NCBI GenBank assembly: GCA_964398555.1
Contig: CAYNNY010000001.1
Span: 4,861-67,078 of the forward strand
Source: an uncultured Verrucomicrobiales bacterium
GTDB taxonomy: Bacteria > Verrucomicrobiota > Verrucomicrobiia > Verrucomicrobiales > Akkermansiaceae
Length of the DNA: 62,218 bases
Direction: 5' to 3'
Position 1 is the stretch's first letter. Each line of letters opens with the position of its first letter. A program made the position numbers and the translations under genes. The notes under the pieces were generated by a model. The model saw only the letters and a list, made by a program, of their open reading frames with translations. It made no database searches and was not told where the DNA came from. Of the stretch, positions 49,191-59,700 are shown one piece after another.

Positions 49191-49245
49191 CGCCACATTT
49201 TTTATCTAAGGTGACATGGACAGGCCCCAAATTTCCTGATAATGT
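49191..49245 (+). promoter_or_regulatory. Sigma70-like promoter with shared motif (copy 5), upstream of the first giant paralog
   Basis: CGCCAC-N15-TGACATGGACA, -35 TGGACA (49217-49222), 17 bp spacer, TGn-TAATGT (49240-49245). Confidence 0.65.
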
Positions 49246-49376
49246 ATTATCTGATCCTAAGATGATCAAAGATCCACTTCTTGAACATCAATCGATCAAA
49301 TCATATAACCATGAACGGTAACTGCTCTTGCGGGCATCTCACAACGTCACACAAAAAACTAACCTAATACACAACT

Positions 49377-52300
49377 ATGAAAATGAATCTTCACTTCGCT
49401 TTTCGCGGAGCCAAATCAAATAGAGTCAAACCCAATCGACTCATCACCCTACCCGTCCTTGCGGGTATGATACTCCCCTTTACTAGTCCGACCTATGTGC
49501 AAGCAGCACCTTTCTTAACAGGGTATCAAGAGTTAGGCCTACCAGGTCTTGGCGGGAGAGAGCAAAACTCCATGGGGCCTACGGGGTTGTATTGCGTCAA
49601 TTACACCTTTGGTGGAAGACGGGTATTGAGAGTCACAACGGTTCTGGAGGGCAGTCCGGCCGCTGCGGCGGGCTTTAAGGTGGAAGACCGAATCGTCGGG
49701 ACATTTGGCGGAAAGTTCCACGATGAACATCGGGGCGGCTGGACGGGGCCTTATCAGGAGTTTGCAGCAGCGATCGACCGTGCTGAGGGTGGTGATGGCA
49801 AATTACCAGTAAGCGTTCTTCGCTCGGGAGTAGGCAGTGTAGAGACCACACTCCAGCTTGTGCCCGGAAGAACCTTCAGTCCAGGTTATCCTTTGGGAAG
49901 TGCTAAATGTCAGGATCTCTATGAAAGCGCTGTCACAAGGGCAGCTCGGTCTGTAACACCAACCACAAACAGCATTTTCTACACCACGAACTACATGGCG
50001 ATGATTTTGTTATCCAGTCCCCATTGGAATGATACCACAGGTGACAAGCCTTACGGACTCTCTCTGCAAAATTATAGAGACAAGGTTGTCAGAGTCATCA
50101 ACAACAGCCCGCTGGAGCCTAAGGAGAATTTCCTTCCCGGCACCCCCAAGGTAAAGAATCCAGATTGGGAGGTCTGTCCCAGAAACTGGCATTTGATTCC
50201 GGCGATGATGTTTCTCGCTGAGTATCGCCTCAAGTCTGGTGATGCATCGTTAGATCCAGCGGTTCAGCGCGCGGCGGATATGCTGGCAAATAACGTGATC
50301 GACTGGAAAAACAGGCTTCAAGATGGGGAGAAATACCCACGTCGAGGAGTCATGACAGATACAGGAGTGGTTGGCTCTTATGGAGAAAAAGGGTTTAACA
50401 CGATTAACTCGATGGCACTGGTCGCCTTTTCCATGCTCAAAGAGGCTGGGGCTGATGTGAATGATGTCAAATTTCAGAAATGTATGATTGAGGTGTTTCG
50501 TTCCGAGAAAAACCAGACGGGAGCGATTGGCTACCGCAGGGGTGGCGCTGATTCTAACCGACCAGGGTTTCGCAGAGCGGGATTTGTAACCGGTGGCTTG
50601 CTCTACGGGCGGGATACCATTCCAGATGCCAACGATCGCATCGCGTTTGAAAGGATCCGGATTGCATCGATCAAAAACTGGATCGAAATGCAACGAGCTT
50701 ACAATTTCCCCACAGGAGCATTTACGCAGACATACATGTCTTTTCCTCTCTTTGGAAATAGGGAGCGTGCCTTCCTGATGGATAACCACCGCGTCCTATT
50801 GCAAGGAAGCCGTGAACACGGTGGCACTATTGCTTATTTTGGTAATGACGCATATAACCAAGGAGATACCACCGTGGGAACCACAAATGTTGCGCCTATT
50901 AATGCGGGTGTCGCCATGGCGATTGGTCTGGGTAAATTCCAATGTTTCCCAGCACGTCCCGTTGACCAAATTTATGCGGACTTCTTCAAAACACCGCATA
51001 TGATTTGGCCCGAGCTGGATGCCCGCTTACTAGAGACAGACAAGCTCACCCAACCCATCGGCTGCGAAATCACCAACTACAAGGGTGACGTTTTGTCCAC
51101 CTCCTCTTACACGGCTCAATGGACCAATATTTCGGGTCCAGGAACTCCTACGTTTACTGATGCCACTAAAGCCGCTACGACTATCACCTTCCCCAAAGAC
51201 GGCGATTATATGGTGCAGCTTGAAGTCACCAAAGGCAGCACGGTTCTCACCGAGCCGATCCGCATCATCGTGGATAGCCAAAAACTCGCAGGCTACACCA
51301 AAGGGCTTGTTAACTTACGTGTTTACGAAAAAGGACAATACCTGCAAGTGGATCGGGAAAAACCAACCGTCGGCTATTCCGTTTCACCAAGACGACTCGA
51401 AGTCAGTGCATCGACACCCTATCATGGTGCCGGAATGAAGGGGCCATCTTTGGTTACGGGCGTTCTGATCCCACCTACGACAGGTGACTACTCCTTTGCC
51501 GCGAACGCACCTAGTGCTAAGAACAAGCGCATGCAAATCAATGTGAATGGCACGGACCCCTCCGGAAGTCTCACCCTTGTGAGAAATAACGGATCCGTTT
51601 ATCCAACACGTCTTGAAGCGGGTGTGCCTGTGTATTATGAAGTGGAAACTTCATCCAAACCAGGAATCACCTTGCGATGGAAAACTCCCGGGGCATCGGA
51701 CTACACAACGATTCCAAAGGGCTATTTTTATGTGAAAAACGAAACCAAACTCATTCATCACCCCGATGAGGTTTCTGTTAATCTTGGTGACGTGGCAGTT
51801 TTCCCAATGTCAGTGGAAGGTCCAGGGCCTTTTGTGAGTGAGTGGTTTAAAAATGGACAAAGCGCAGGATACAGTAAGGGAGAAGCTCCCGAATTGGAAA
51901 TCGGCAATCTATCCTCTGCTAAACTAGGATACTACAACTGTGTCATTACCTATCCCGGCGGCGTGCTTCGTAGCGAAACAATAGATCTGAAGACCCCAAC
52001 TGCATTCAAAAGCGGAGGCTCATGGGCGAACGTTTATCCTGGTATCAGGCCATCAACCATTAATGAACTACGTTTCGCCACACCCTCTTTCCCGAACACT
52101 CCCACCATTAGTAAGTTTGTGAGAGGGCTAAATTATAATGGAAACATTAGTAATAGAATAGGAATACTCTCCACCGCATGGCTCACCCCCACGGAAACAT
52201 CCGATTACATCTTCAGTGCCACGGCTCGTGGAGAGGGTGAACTCTGGCTCTCTACAAATGATTCTCCATCTCGCAAGGTGAAGGTCGCTAGCACGGATGC

Positions 52301-54800
52301 CGAATCTGTAGCTATCAGTCTGGAAGCTGGAAAGCGCTACTATATCGAGTTCATCTATCGAAACAGAGACTCCAGAGGCACCTACAGTGTAAAGTGGAGA
52401 AAGTCCACCGAGGCCGCATCTGCTGCCACATTAATACCTGCCGCCCAGCTTGAGGCATTAGTAGGAGGAGTAAAGGAGTATTCACCCGTAAGGAAGCTTG
52501 AAAATGTGACCGCCCCGAAAGTAGCACAGATCTCCGTGGGTGATGTTAATACCACCACATGGAAACAAGTGCCGCTGGATGCAGGCTTCACCTCTCCGGT
52601 TATTGTTGCCACACCGATCGCTCGGGATGCCAATAGTGTCCCCGTCGTCACCCGACTTCGGAACGTCACGGCGAACTCCTTTGAAATCAAAATCGACCGA
52701 ACCGATGGGCAGAGTGGGAATGTTTCCGTCTCCGTCTCCGTAGTCGTTGTTGAAGAAGGTGTTTACACGCTAGCCGATAATGGAGTGAAGATGGAAGCTG
52801 TGAAATATGATTCCTCACGGACCGATAATAAAACATCGTGGGTAGGAACAGCAAAAACCTATCAAAATAGCTACACGAAACCCATCGTCCTCGGTCAGGT
52901 CATGACGACAAACGATGCAGATTGGTCAGTGTTCTGGAGCTGTGGCTCCTCCCCCACCAACCCACCGAGCGCTACCGCACTAAAAGTTGGAAAACACGTC
53001 GGAGAAGATTCGGACAAAACCCGATCTAATGAAACCGTCGGATACATCGTAATCGATGCCGGCAGCGGTATTATTGCTGGAGAATACGATGTTTTCTACA
53101 CTGCTGATCGCGGCACTGACACCGTTTATGGTGTATCCTCCTCAGGATACAACTACCCTATTTCCGCCCTACCCCGCATTGGTGCAGTTGCTCTGAGTGC
53201 TGCCGGTATGGATGGAGGTGATGGCGGATGGCCCGTGTTGTTCGGAACTTCACCGATGCTGCAAGATACGCTGAAGCTCTTCTTCAACGAAGATAAGATG
53301 GCAGATAGCGAACGTGCGCATACCAGTGAAGAGGTGGCTTACCTCGCCTTTTCCGGAGTGCTCAAAGGCAACAGAGCCCCTGTTAGCAATGGTGGAAACT
53401 ACCAAGTCACGCGCAATACATCTGTGACTGTGAACCTAAACTCCATTGTAGCTACCGACTACGATCCTGAGGGGGATGCCCTTTCGCTGGTCGGAAGAGG
53501 CAATCCAGCTAACGGCACAGTCAGTGGAACAAACTCAAATCTCGTTTACACACCGAATGCTGATTTCGTGGGTCTTGATGCCATTCCTTATACGATTGCC
53601 GATGCATTTGGTAATGCGACCCAAGGAAAAGTCTTCATCACGGTGCTCCCAGAAATATCGATCATTGAGACAGGTAATGCAACCTCAATTAAAAAGACCA
53701 ATGCCAGACTCTATTACAATCTGGTGGATAATGGAGGAGGCAAGACCCGTGTGACAATCCATTTCGGCACAAGTAATGGTGGGCAAGATGCCAGCGCTTG
53801 GGATGATAGGTTACAGTTCGGCGTAAAATCCATTGGCTCATTATGGGGTAAGGCAAAAGCCCTTACCGCCGGAACGACCTACTATTACGTAACGTCTGCT
53901 TCAAATAAAGGTGGTGTGGCATGGGGAGAAGTGAAAAGCTTCCAAACCCCGTCCAATCCCCTGAATTTAGTGAAAACCAAGGTCAGCAATGTCAGCAGCG
54001 CCTCATGGACGCAAGTCGATCTCGGCTACGCTTACATCAACCCTGTCGTTATCGCTACGCCTTACCTTCCAAACTCCAGCGCCCCGCCAGTCTCAGTGCG
54101 TGTGCGTAACGCCACAGGCAGCTCGGTAGAGCTTCGCTTAAACCGTCTCGATGGTGCTAGTGATCCTGTAACGATGGATGTTTCCCTCGTTGCCGTTGAA
54201 CAAGGAACTTACACCGTTGCCAACAACGGCGTGAAGATGGAAGCTGTGAAATTCACCTCCACCGTAACCGCTAAAAAAGGTAGCTGGATAGCAGAAGCTC
54301 GGACGTATCAAAACACCTACACGAATCCGATCGTGATCGGTCAAGTAATGAGTGCCAATGACGCGGCCTGGTCGGAGTTCTGGTGCAAAGGGGCAACACA
54401 AACGTCACCGCCAAGTGCCTCTGAATTTAGCGTCGGCAAACACGTCGCTTCTGACCCCAATGCTACCCGTGTAGATGAAACCATCGGATACATCGTCATC
54501 GAAGCCGGAAGTGGACAAATCAGCGGCATCGACTACATCGCAGGACTCGGCAACGATACCGTGCTCGGCACCGGAGACACCAGCACGGGATACGGATACT
54601 CCATCACTGGATTATCCACCGTATCCGCAGCGGCACTAAGCCAAGCGGGAATGGATGGCGGAGATGGCTCATGGGCGCTGCTCTACGGGGCAACACCACT
54701 GACCTCTACCACACTCACCATTGCCGTAGATGAAGATAAGCTGGGTGACAGCGAAAGGAAACATACTACGGAGCAAGTTTCCTATATCCTCTTCAAATAA
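49377..54800 (+). CDS. Giant secreted modular protein, paralog A: PDZ + DUF6288-like helical barrel + PKD/Ig + 2 PA14-like + lectin-like module + cadherin/Big-like + Fn3-like + lectin-like module
   Basis: MGPTG..VTTVLEGSPAAAAGFKVEDRIVG (PDZ); NWHL..MFLAEYRLKSGD; WTNISGPG..GDYMVQL (PKD-like); GVLIPPTTGDYSF and WLTPTETSDYIF..LWLSTND..LEAGKRYYIE (PA14); DYDPEGDAL..YTPNADFVGLD (Big/cadherin-like); two ~270-aa SPVIVATP/PIVLGQVM/GMDGGDG modules. Confidence 0.85.
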   Translation: MKMNLHFAFRGAKSNRVKPNRLITLPVLAGMILPFTSPTYVQAAPFLTGYQELGLPGLGGREQNSMGPTGLYCVNYTFGGRRVLRVTTVLEGSPAAAAGFKVEDRIVGTFGGKFHDEHRGGWTGPYQEFAAAIDRAEGGDGKLPVSVLRSGVGSVETTLQLVPGRTFSPGYPLGSAKCQDLYESAVTRAARSVTPTTNSIFYTTNYMAMILLSSPHWNDTTGDKPYGLSLQNYRDKVVRVINNSPLEPKENFLPGTPKVKNPDWEVCPRNWHLIPAMMFLAEYRLKSGDASLDPAVQRAADMLANNVIDWKNRLQDGEKYPRRGVMTDTGVVGSYGEKGFNTINSMALVAFSMLKEAGADVNDVKFQKCMIEVFRSEKNQTGAIGYRRGGADSNRPGFRRAGFVTGGLLYGRDTIPDANDRIAFERIRIASIKNWIEMQRAYNFPTGAFTQTYMSFPLFGNRERAFLMDNHRVLLQGSREHGGTIAYFGNDAYNQGDTTVGTTNVAPINAGVAMAIGLGKFQCFPARPVDQIYADFFKTPHMIWPELDARLLETDKLTQPIGCEITNYKGDVLSTSSYTAQWTNISGPGTPTFTDATKAATTITFPKDGDYMVQLEVTKGSTVLTEPIRIIVDSQKLAGYTKGLVNLRVYEKGQYLQVDREKPTVGYSVSPRRLEVSASTPYHGAGMKGPSLVTGVLIPPTTGDYSFAANAPSAKNKRMQINVNGTDPSGSLTLVRNNGSVYPTRLEAGVPVYYEVETSSKPGITLRWKTPGASDYTTIPKGYFYVKNETKLIHHPDEVSVNLGDVAVFPMSVEGPGPFVSEWFKNGQSAGYSKGEAPELEIGNLSSAKLGYYNCVITYPGGVLRSETIDLKTPTAFKSGGSWANVYPGIRPSTINELRFATPSFPNTPTISKFVRGLNYNGNISNRIGILSTAWLTPTETSDYIFSATARGEGELWLSTNDSPSRKVKVASTDAESVAISLEAGKRYYIEFIYRNRDSRGTYSVKWRKSTEAASAATLIPAAQLEALVGGVKEYSPVRKLENVTAPKVAQISVGDVNTTTWKQVPLDAGFTSPVIVATPIARDANSVPVVTRLRNVTANSFEIKIDRTDGQSGNVSVSVSVVVVEEGVYTLADNGVKMEAVKYDSSRTDNKTSWVGTAKTYQNSYTKPIVLGQVMTTNDADWSVFWSCGSSPTNPPSATALKVGKHVGEDSDKTRSNETVGYIVIDAGSGIIAGEYDVFYTADRGTDTVYGVSSSGYNYPISALPRIGAVALSAAGMDGGDGGWPVLFGTSPMLQDTLKLFFNEDKMADSERAHTSEEVAYLAFSGVLKGNRAPVSNGGNYQVTRNTSVTVNLNSIVATDYDPEGDALSLVGRGNPANGTVSGTNSNLVYTPNADFVGLDAIPYTIADAFGNATQGKVFITVLPEISIIETGNATSIKKTNARLYYNLVDNGGGKTRVTIHFGTSNGGQDASAWDDRLQFGVKSIGSLWGKAKALTAGTTYYYVTSASNKGGVAWGEVKSFQTPSNPLNLVKTKVSNVSSASWTQVDLGYAYINPVVIATPYLPNSSAPPVSVRVRNATGSSVELRLNRLDGASDPVTMDVSLVAVEQGTYTVANNGVKMEAVKFTSTVTAKKGSWIAEARTYQNTYTNPIVIGQVMSANDAAWSEFWCKGATQTSPPSASEFSVGKHVASDPNATRVDETIGYIVIEAGSGQISGIDYIAGLGNDTVLGTGDTSTGYGYSITGLSTVSAAALSQAGMDGGDGSWALLYGATPLTSTTLTIAVDEDKLGDSERKHTTEQVSYILFK
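53921..54800 (+). repeat. ~880-bp near-identical direct repeat, copy A (C-terminal module of paralog A)
   Basis: Aligns to 61329-62208 at offset 7408; 54126-54364 matches 61534-61772 exactly by eye. Confidence 0.92.
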
Positions 54801-54816
54801 AAGTAATGACCAAACG

Positions 54817-55872
54817 ATGAGTTTATTGTTGGATATAAATAAGGAGTCGGCGCATGGCGCGTCGGCTCTTCATACCCTTTCTTCTTTTCAGAGGAGGGGG
54901 TTTTTTGCGGCGGGTATTTTTATCTGCACGCTGAATATGACATCTCATGCAGCACCTCCGCCCATCAGTCAGACGATGCGCGCGCAAATGAGCCAGCGGC
55001 AGAAGGGTGAATCTGGGAGCGTGGATAGCGCAGGTGTCTATCACTCGGCGAACCCCACCCATTCCAGTAAAAATCAAGATGCCGCCGCTGGGTCAGATGA
55101 GCTGCACAAGGCCAAGTCAGATTCTAATATTAAAATCTTAAAAGACGGTTGTGTCGCATTGGGAGAAATCATTATCGATCCCAAACAACGTAAAATGACA
55201 TTTCCAGTGGAGGTGAACACACTGAAAACGGGGACTCCTCTTGAGTATGTCCTCGTCATGCGTCAGGGGAAAACACATGAGTCTCTTCTTGTTACGGATG
55301 TGCCGCCTCGGCTCATTCATGTGGCATCTTTACTGTTAGGTCTTGAGAAAGAGCATCAGTCAGCAAAGAGCCTTGAGATCAAACTAACCTATGAAACGAA
55401 TGGTGGACCAGTCACGGTACTACTCTCAGAGGTCATTACCTTTGGCGAGGGTGAAAAAGACGGAGGAGAAGAGGAGGAAGGCCGAGAGCTTCCAAATATC
55501 TGGAAATACCAAGGGGAGGAACTTAAGCCTGGCTTCCTTGTGGCTTCGAGAGATGGCTCGATCATATCCATGAAACAGGATTTGGGAGCCTTAATTGTGA
55601 GTGCCTCACCAGAAGTGATTGATGATGAAGGTTCTGCCGCAGTGGGTTGGGGAATTGGACATTTCCTAGGGGTTAGAGGATCCATTACTTTTCAGCTCAA
55701 AGCAGGAGAACCTCAGCATGCAGAAACGAAGCTTGAAACACCCTCCGAGGATGATAACGTTGCCCGTTCCAAGAAAAAAAAACCGCACACCCGCTCGCTG
55801 ATCAAGGCGAAAATGAGTAAAAAGAGGCCCTCTCATCCCTCCGTCCCATCCATCAGATCGCCAACTAACTAA
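54817..55872 (+). CDS. YdjY-like domain protein
   Basis: IDPKQRKMTFPVEVN...LEYVLV...GKTHESLLVTDVPPRLIHVASLLLGL...W.YQG...ASRDGSIIS matches my recollection of the YdjY domain; start moved to ATG 54817 to avoid overlap. Confidence 0.7.
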   Translation: MSLLLDINKESAHGASALHTLSSFQRRGFFAAGIFICTLNMTSHAAPPPISQTMRAQMSQRQKGESGSVDSAGVYHSANPTHSSKNQDAAAGSDELHKAKSDSNIKILKDGCVALGEIIIDPKQRKMTFPVEVNTLKTGTPLEYVLVMRQGKTHESLLVTDVPPRLIHVASLLLGLEKEHQSAKSLEIKLTYETNGGPVTVLLSEVITFGEGEKDGGEEEEGRELPNIWKYQGEELKPGFLVASRDGSIISMKQDLGALIVSASPEVIDDEGSAAVGWGIGHFLGVRGSITFQLKAGEPQHAETKLETPSEDDNVARSKKKKPHTRSLIKAKMSKKRPSHPSVPSIRSPTN

Positions 55873-55888
55873 TAACAAACCATTTAGA

Positions 55889-56713
55889 ATGAATAACTGG
55901 ATTTTCCCATCAGCCACAGCTGCCATCGGTATTTGTGGAGGTCTTCTTCTGGGGTGGGTTGTTTTTGATAGGAACCCAGATGCTGAGGAGTCCCCCCTAA
56001 CAAGCATCGAAAAATCGGAGCAATCATCATCATGGGGGAAGAAGTCCTCAGGAGCCACGCAGAGGCATTATCGGACTGGGCGCCGCAGAGGAGCGTCGCA
56101 AACTCGATTGCAGAGTGGGGCGGATCAATCGTTTAAAGACACTCAGGATTTTGTTATTTCCATGCCCAGTGGAGTACTTGATTCTCTTATGGCCCTTGGT
56201 GGAGTTAAGACCCCAGCGGGCGAGCTTTTTTCAAAGGATGACGCCTCGCTTGAGTTGCTGAAAATTACCTCAGATGAGCAATACAAGCTTAATGAAATTT
56301 GGGAACGGGCATGTGCGGAAGCTGAAGATCATGAGGCGGCTAATCTCCATGTCTCTCAAGATGCTCAAGGCGTAGTAACAATGGTCATCCCAGGTGTCCC
56401 CTATGACGCGCCTATCCCAGAGTTGACCATCTTAGATGAGATTAAAAGAGTAATGGGTGAGGATAGGGGTGAGGTGTTTTTAGCAGCCAAACAACTCAGA
56501 CGAAAATTTGAACCAAAGACTGGAGAAACAAGCTACACGATCTCCACCGAATTTGTGGGAGATGGAGAAAGTCGCTTTCACATAGTCATGGAGGGTGAGT
56601 CAGGACGGAGAAGAGTATGGGTAGGAGATAGTATCCCCCAAAAAATAGCGCACCTAGCCAAAGCCGCAGGTATTCCCGTAAATTTTAATGAAGCCACTGA
56701 GAATAGCCCTTAA
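55889..56713 (+). CDS. Hypothetical membrane-anchored protein
   Basis: N-terminal TM (AAIGICGGLLLGWVVF), low-complexity linker, globular C-terminus; starts 16 bp after the YdjY-like gene. Confidence 0.75.
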   Translation: MNNWIFPSATAAIGICGGLLLGWVVFDRNPDAEESPLTSIEKSEQSSSWGKKSSGATQRHYRTGRRRGASQTRLQSGADQSFKDTQDFVISMPSGVLDSLMALGGVKTPAGELFSKDDASLELLKITSDEQYKLNEIWERACAEAEDHEAANLHVSQDAQGVVTMVIPGVPYDAPIPELTILDEIKRVMGEDRGEVFLAAKQLRRKFEPKTGETSYTISTEFVGDGESRFHIVMEGESGRRRVWVGDSIPQKIAHLAKAAGIPVNFNEATENSP

Positions 56714-56724
56714 CGTTTAAGGGC
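56706..56724. terminator. Hairpin overlapping the stop codon of 55889-56713
   Basis: GCCCTTAA-CGT-TTAAGGGC, an 8-bp perfect stem followed by ATTATT. Confidence 0.35.
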
Positions 56725-56760
56725 ATTATTGAATAGAGTAATGAAACAAAAACAACAAAA

Positions 56761-59700
56761 ATGAAAACTAACACAACTAACTATAATCGATCAGATTCAT
56801 CTGGTCGTCCTGCGCCCTTTTATAACAAACTGAAAGACCACTTATTATTGCAGTGGGTTTCCTTGTTCTGTGTTCTACTCTCGGCTATGGGTAATATCCG
56901 CGCTGAAGTGGGAACACAATCTGGTGATTTACCCTTTAAGGGAGGCGGAAATTTTGAACGTTGGTCGCTGGGGCCCACAGGGATTTATTTTTTGGAAAAA
57001 AGCTGGTCAGGGCCTCGGGCATTACGGGTGGCGAGAGTGGCTCCGGGAAGCCCCGCTGATCAAGCGGGTGTTCGCTTGGAAGATCGAGTAGTGGGAGTAG
57101 AGGGAAAGACCTTTACTAAATCAGCTGGAAACAACTGGGATGGCATTTACCGGGAGTTTGCCCAAGCGATTGAACGTGCTGAGCGAGGGGATGGAAAGCT
57201 GCCTGTGACGCTGGTTCGTTCAGGCGTCGGGAGAGTAGATGTGATACTTCAGTTAGGCAAAGCGGGGGCATTCGGCCCAGCCTATGCCTATGGAAGCCCC
57301 AAGTTCCAAGCGATGTATGAGGAAGCTGTTAATGTCTGCTACAAGTCGATTAGAAACAATAATAAACTTTTTTATAGCACGGCCTACCAGGCGTTGATTC
57401 TTCTTGGTGATCCACATTGGAATGATACAACAGGCGCAAAGCCCTATCGCTTAGCCCTTGATCATTACGCCGGTGTGGTGGCGCAAAAAATGAATGCGGA
57501 GGTCTTTGAGCCATTGGAAAAAAAACTTCCTGATGGATCCCCTAATCCTAATTTTAATGCCAGTGAAAACGTAGGAACCCGTGCTTGGCACTTAATGCCA
57601 ACACTGATGTTTCTTGCCGAATATCGTAAAAAAACGGGAGACACCTCGCTGGATGCCGTGGTGCAACGCTCGGCGGATCTTCTCGCTAACCGAGTGATTG
57701 ACTGGAAGGGGCAAGATCAGTTTGGGCAGAAGTATGCGGATCGTGGGGTAATGACAGATGTAGGCGTGACTGGTTCTTATGGAGCCAAGGGATTTAATGC
57801 CATTAACGCTATGGCTCTAATGACTTTTGGAATGCTCAACGAGGCAGGAGCTACCGTCAACGATGATAAATTTCAAAAATGCTGGCATGAAATGGCCAAG
57901 GCGATGACAGCCGCCGGCCAAATCGCTTACCGCTCTGGTGGAGATAAAACCAGAGTGGCATTCCGTAATACGGGTGCTCTGGTAGGGGGATCGTTATATG
58001 GGGCTGACACACTCAGCACCACGGATCGTGAGGCATTTGATCGCGCGTGGAACTTCACAGTCAATGACTGGGGGCGGGTGCATGAAACCTACAACATGTC
58101 GGCGGGGACTTTTCTCGCGCAGCAGCTTTTAATGACATTCATGAGTCCTCAGGAGCGGGCGTATCACTCGGAATACCAGCAGACCATGTTTCAATTTCAT
58201 CGCCATGGAGAAGGTGAGGGAGGGATTACTTATCTCGGAAACAACATCAACTCCAACAATGGGGACCGAAATATTGGGTTCCACACGGCTGGTATTATCA
58301 ACATCGGTATGGCTCATGCAGTGGGCTCTGGTGGTTTTAGTTGTTTTCCTAAACCTTCAACCGATCAGATTTACGCAGACTTTAAAGTGCCGGGAATGGG
58401 GATTCCCCGTAAACTCGGTGACTCTAGGCTATATGATGCGAAGAGCCTCACCGTGCAGTTTGCTCCTGATATCACGGACTACAAAGGGGCATCTCTTCCT
58501 GCCTCTGCTTACACCGCCCAGTGGGTCGCCTCATCTGGCCCTGGAACTCCCGTATTTTCTTCTCCTGCCTCAGCGCAAACTACCATTACCTTTCCGCAGG
58601 ATGGTGAATATGATATTTCACTTCAGGTTACAACGGGAAGTTTCACTCTGACTGAGCCAATCCATGTGGTTGTCGATACCGTAACGGTGCCTGGATATGT
58701 CAAAGGAATTGTTAATATTCGTTACTACGAGAGGGTGAGCAACATTAATAATGTAGATCCTGAGAAGCCGACAGTTACTCTTTCTATGCGGGCTGGGCGT
58801 TTAAGCGGCGTTAATCTTATCCCATATCATGGAAAAAGGGTCAGTGGTAGCTCTAGGGTTTCTGGGATACTGATCCCACCCACTACGGGAGATTACACCT
58901 TCAGACTTGATCGCTCACGCCTTACAAATGGATGGATGAAAATCAATCCCACTGGGGTTGATCCGGACTCCTCTGGATTATTTCAAGTATGTAATAAATT
59001 AAGAAAGGATGGAGCCACCGTGCATCTGCAGGCAGGTGTGCCCATTTACTACGAGGTGCTTATCGGGAACAAACCACCAGTGTTAATACAATGGAAAACC
59101 CCAGGTTCCAGTGAGATGGTAAAAATTGGAGAGCAGTTTTTCGCGGTCAAGGATGAGGTGAAAATCATCAATCAAATCGCAGAGGTCTCTGCATCTGCAG
59201 GAAGTGTCGCTTTGCTTCCATTGTGTGTGGAAGGCCCCGGCCCCTTTGTGAGTGAGTGGTATAAAGACGGCCAGCCTATTGACTTTAGTAAGGGCGCCAC
59301 CTCAGAGTTAGAAATTGGCAACGTTTCTTCTGGAAATGCCGGACGTTATCATTGTGTGGTTTCTTATGATGGTGGAGTGATCGGTAGCAACCCACTGGTT
59401 CTGTCCATGCAAACTAGTTTTCAATCAGGAGCTCTTTGGATGAGTTCTTATGCTAATATTTCAGATAAGGTCGTTACGATCGATGATTTACGCGCTGATA
59501 TTAGTTTCCCAGGGGCCCCCACGAAGGGGTCTCGCATTCAATCGTTTAAGTATGAAGTAGGAGCTAAAAATCTAGGAATAAGAGTTTCTGGATGGATTGT
59601 CCCTGATGAAACTGCCGATTATATCTTTAAAGACTCCTCGGCTGGGGCTAGCGAACTTTGGCTTTCCACGGACGACTCACCACTTCATAAAATCAATATT

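Noticed and set aside
49311-49367. 18-codon upstream ORF MNGNCSCGHLTTSHKKLT as a leader peptide
   Set aside because: No attenuator hairpin or other support; ORFs this short arise by chance.
49377-50000. HtrA- or tail-specific-protease call based on the PDZ domain
   Set aside because: No trypsin GNSGG or S41 catalytic motif in either paralog.
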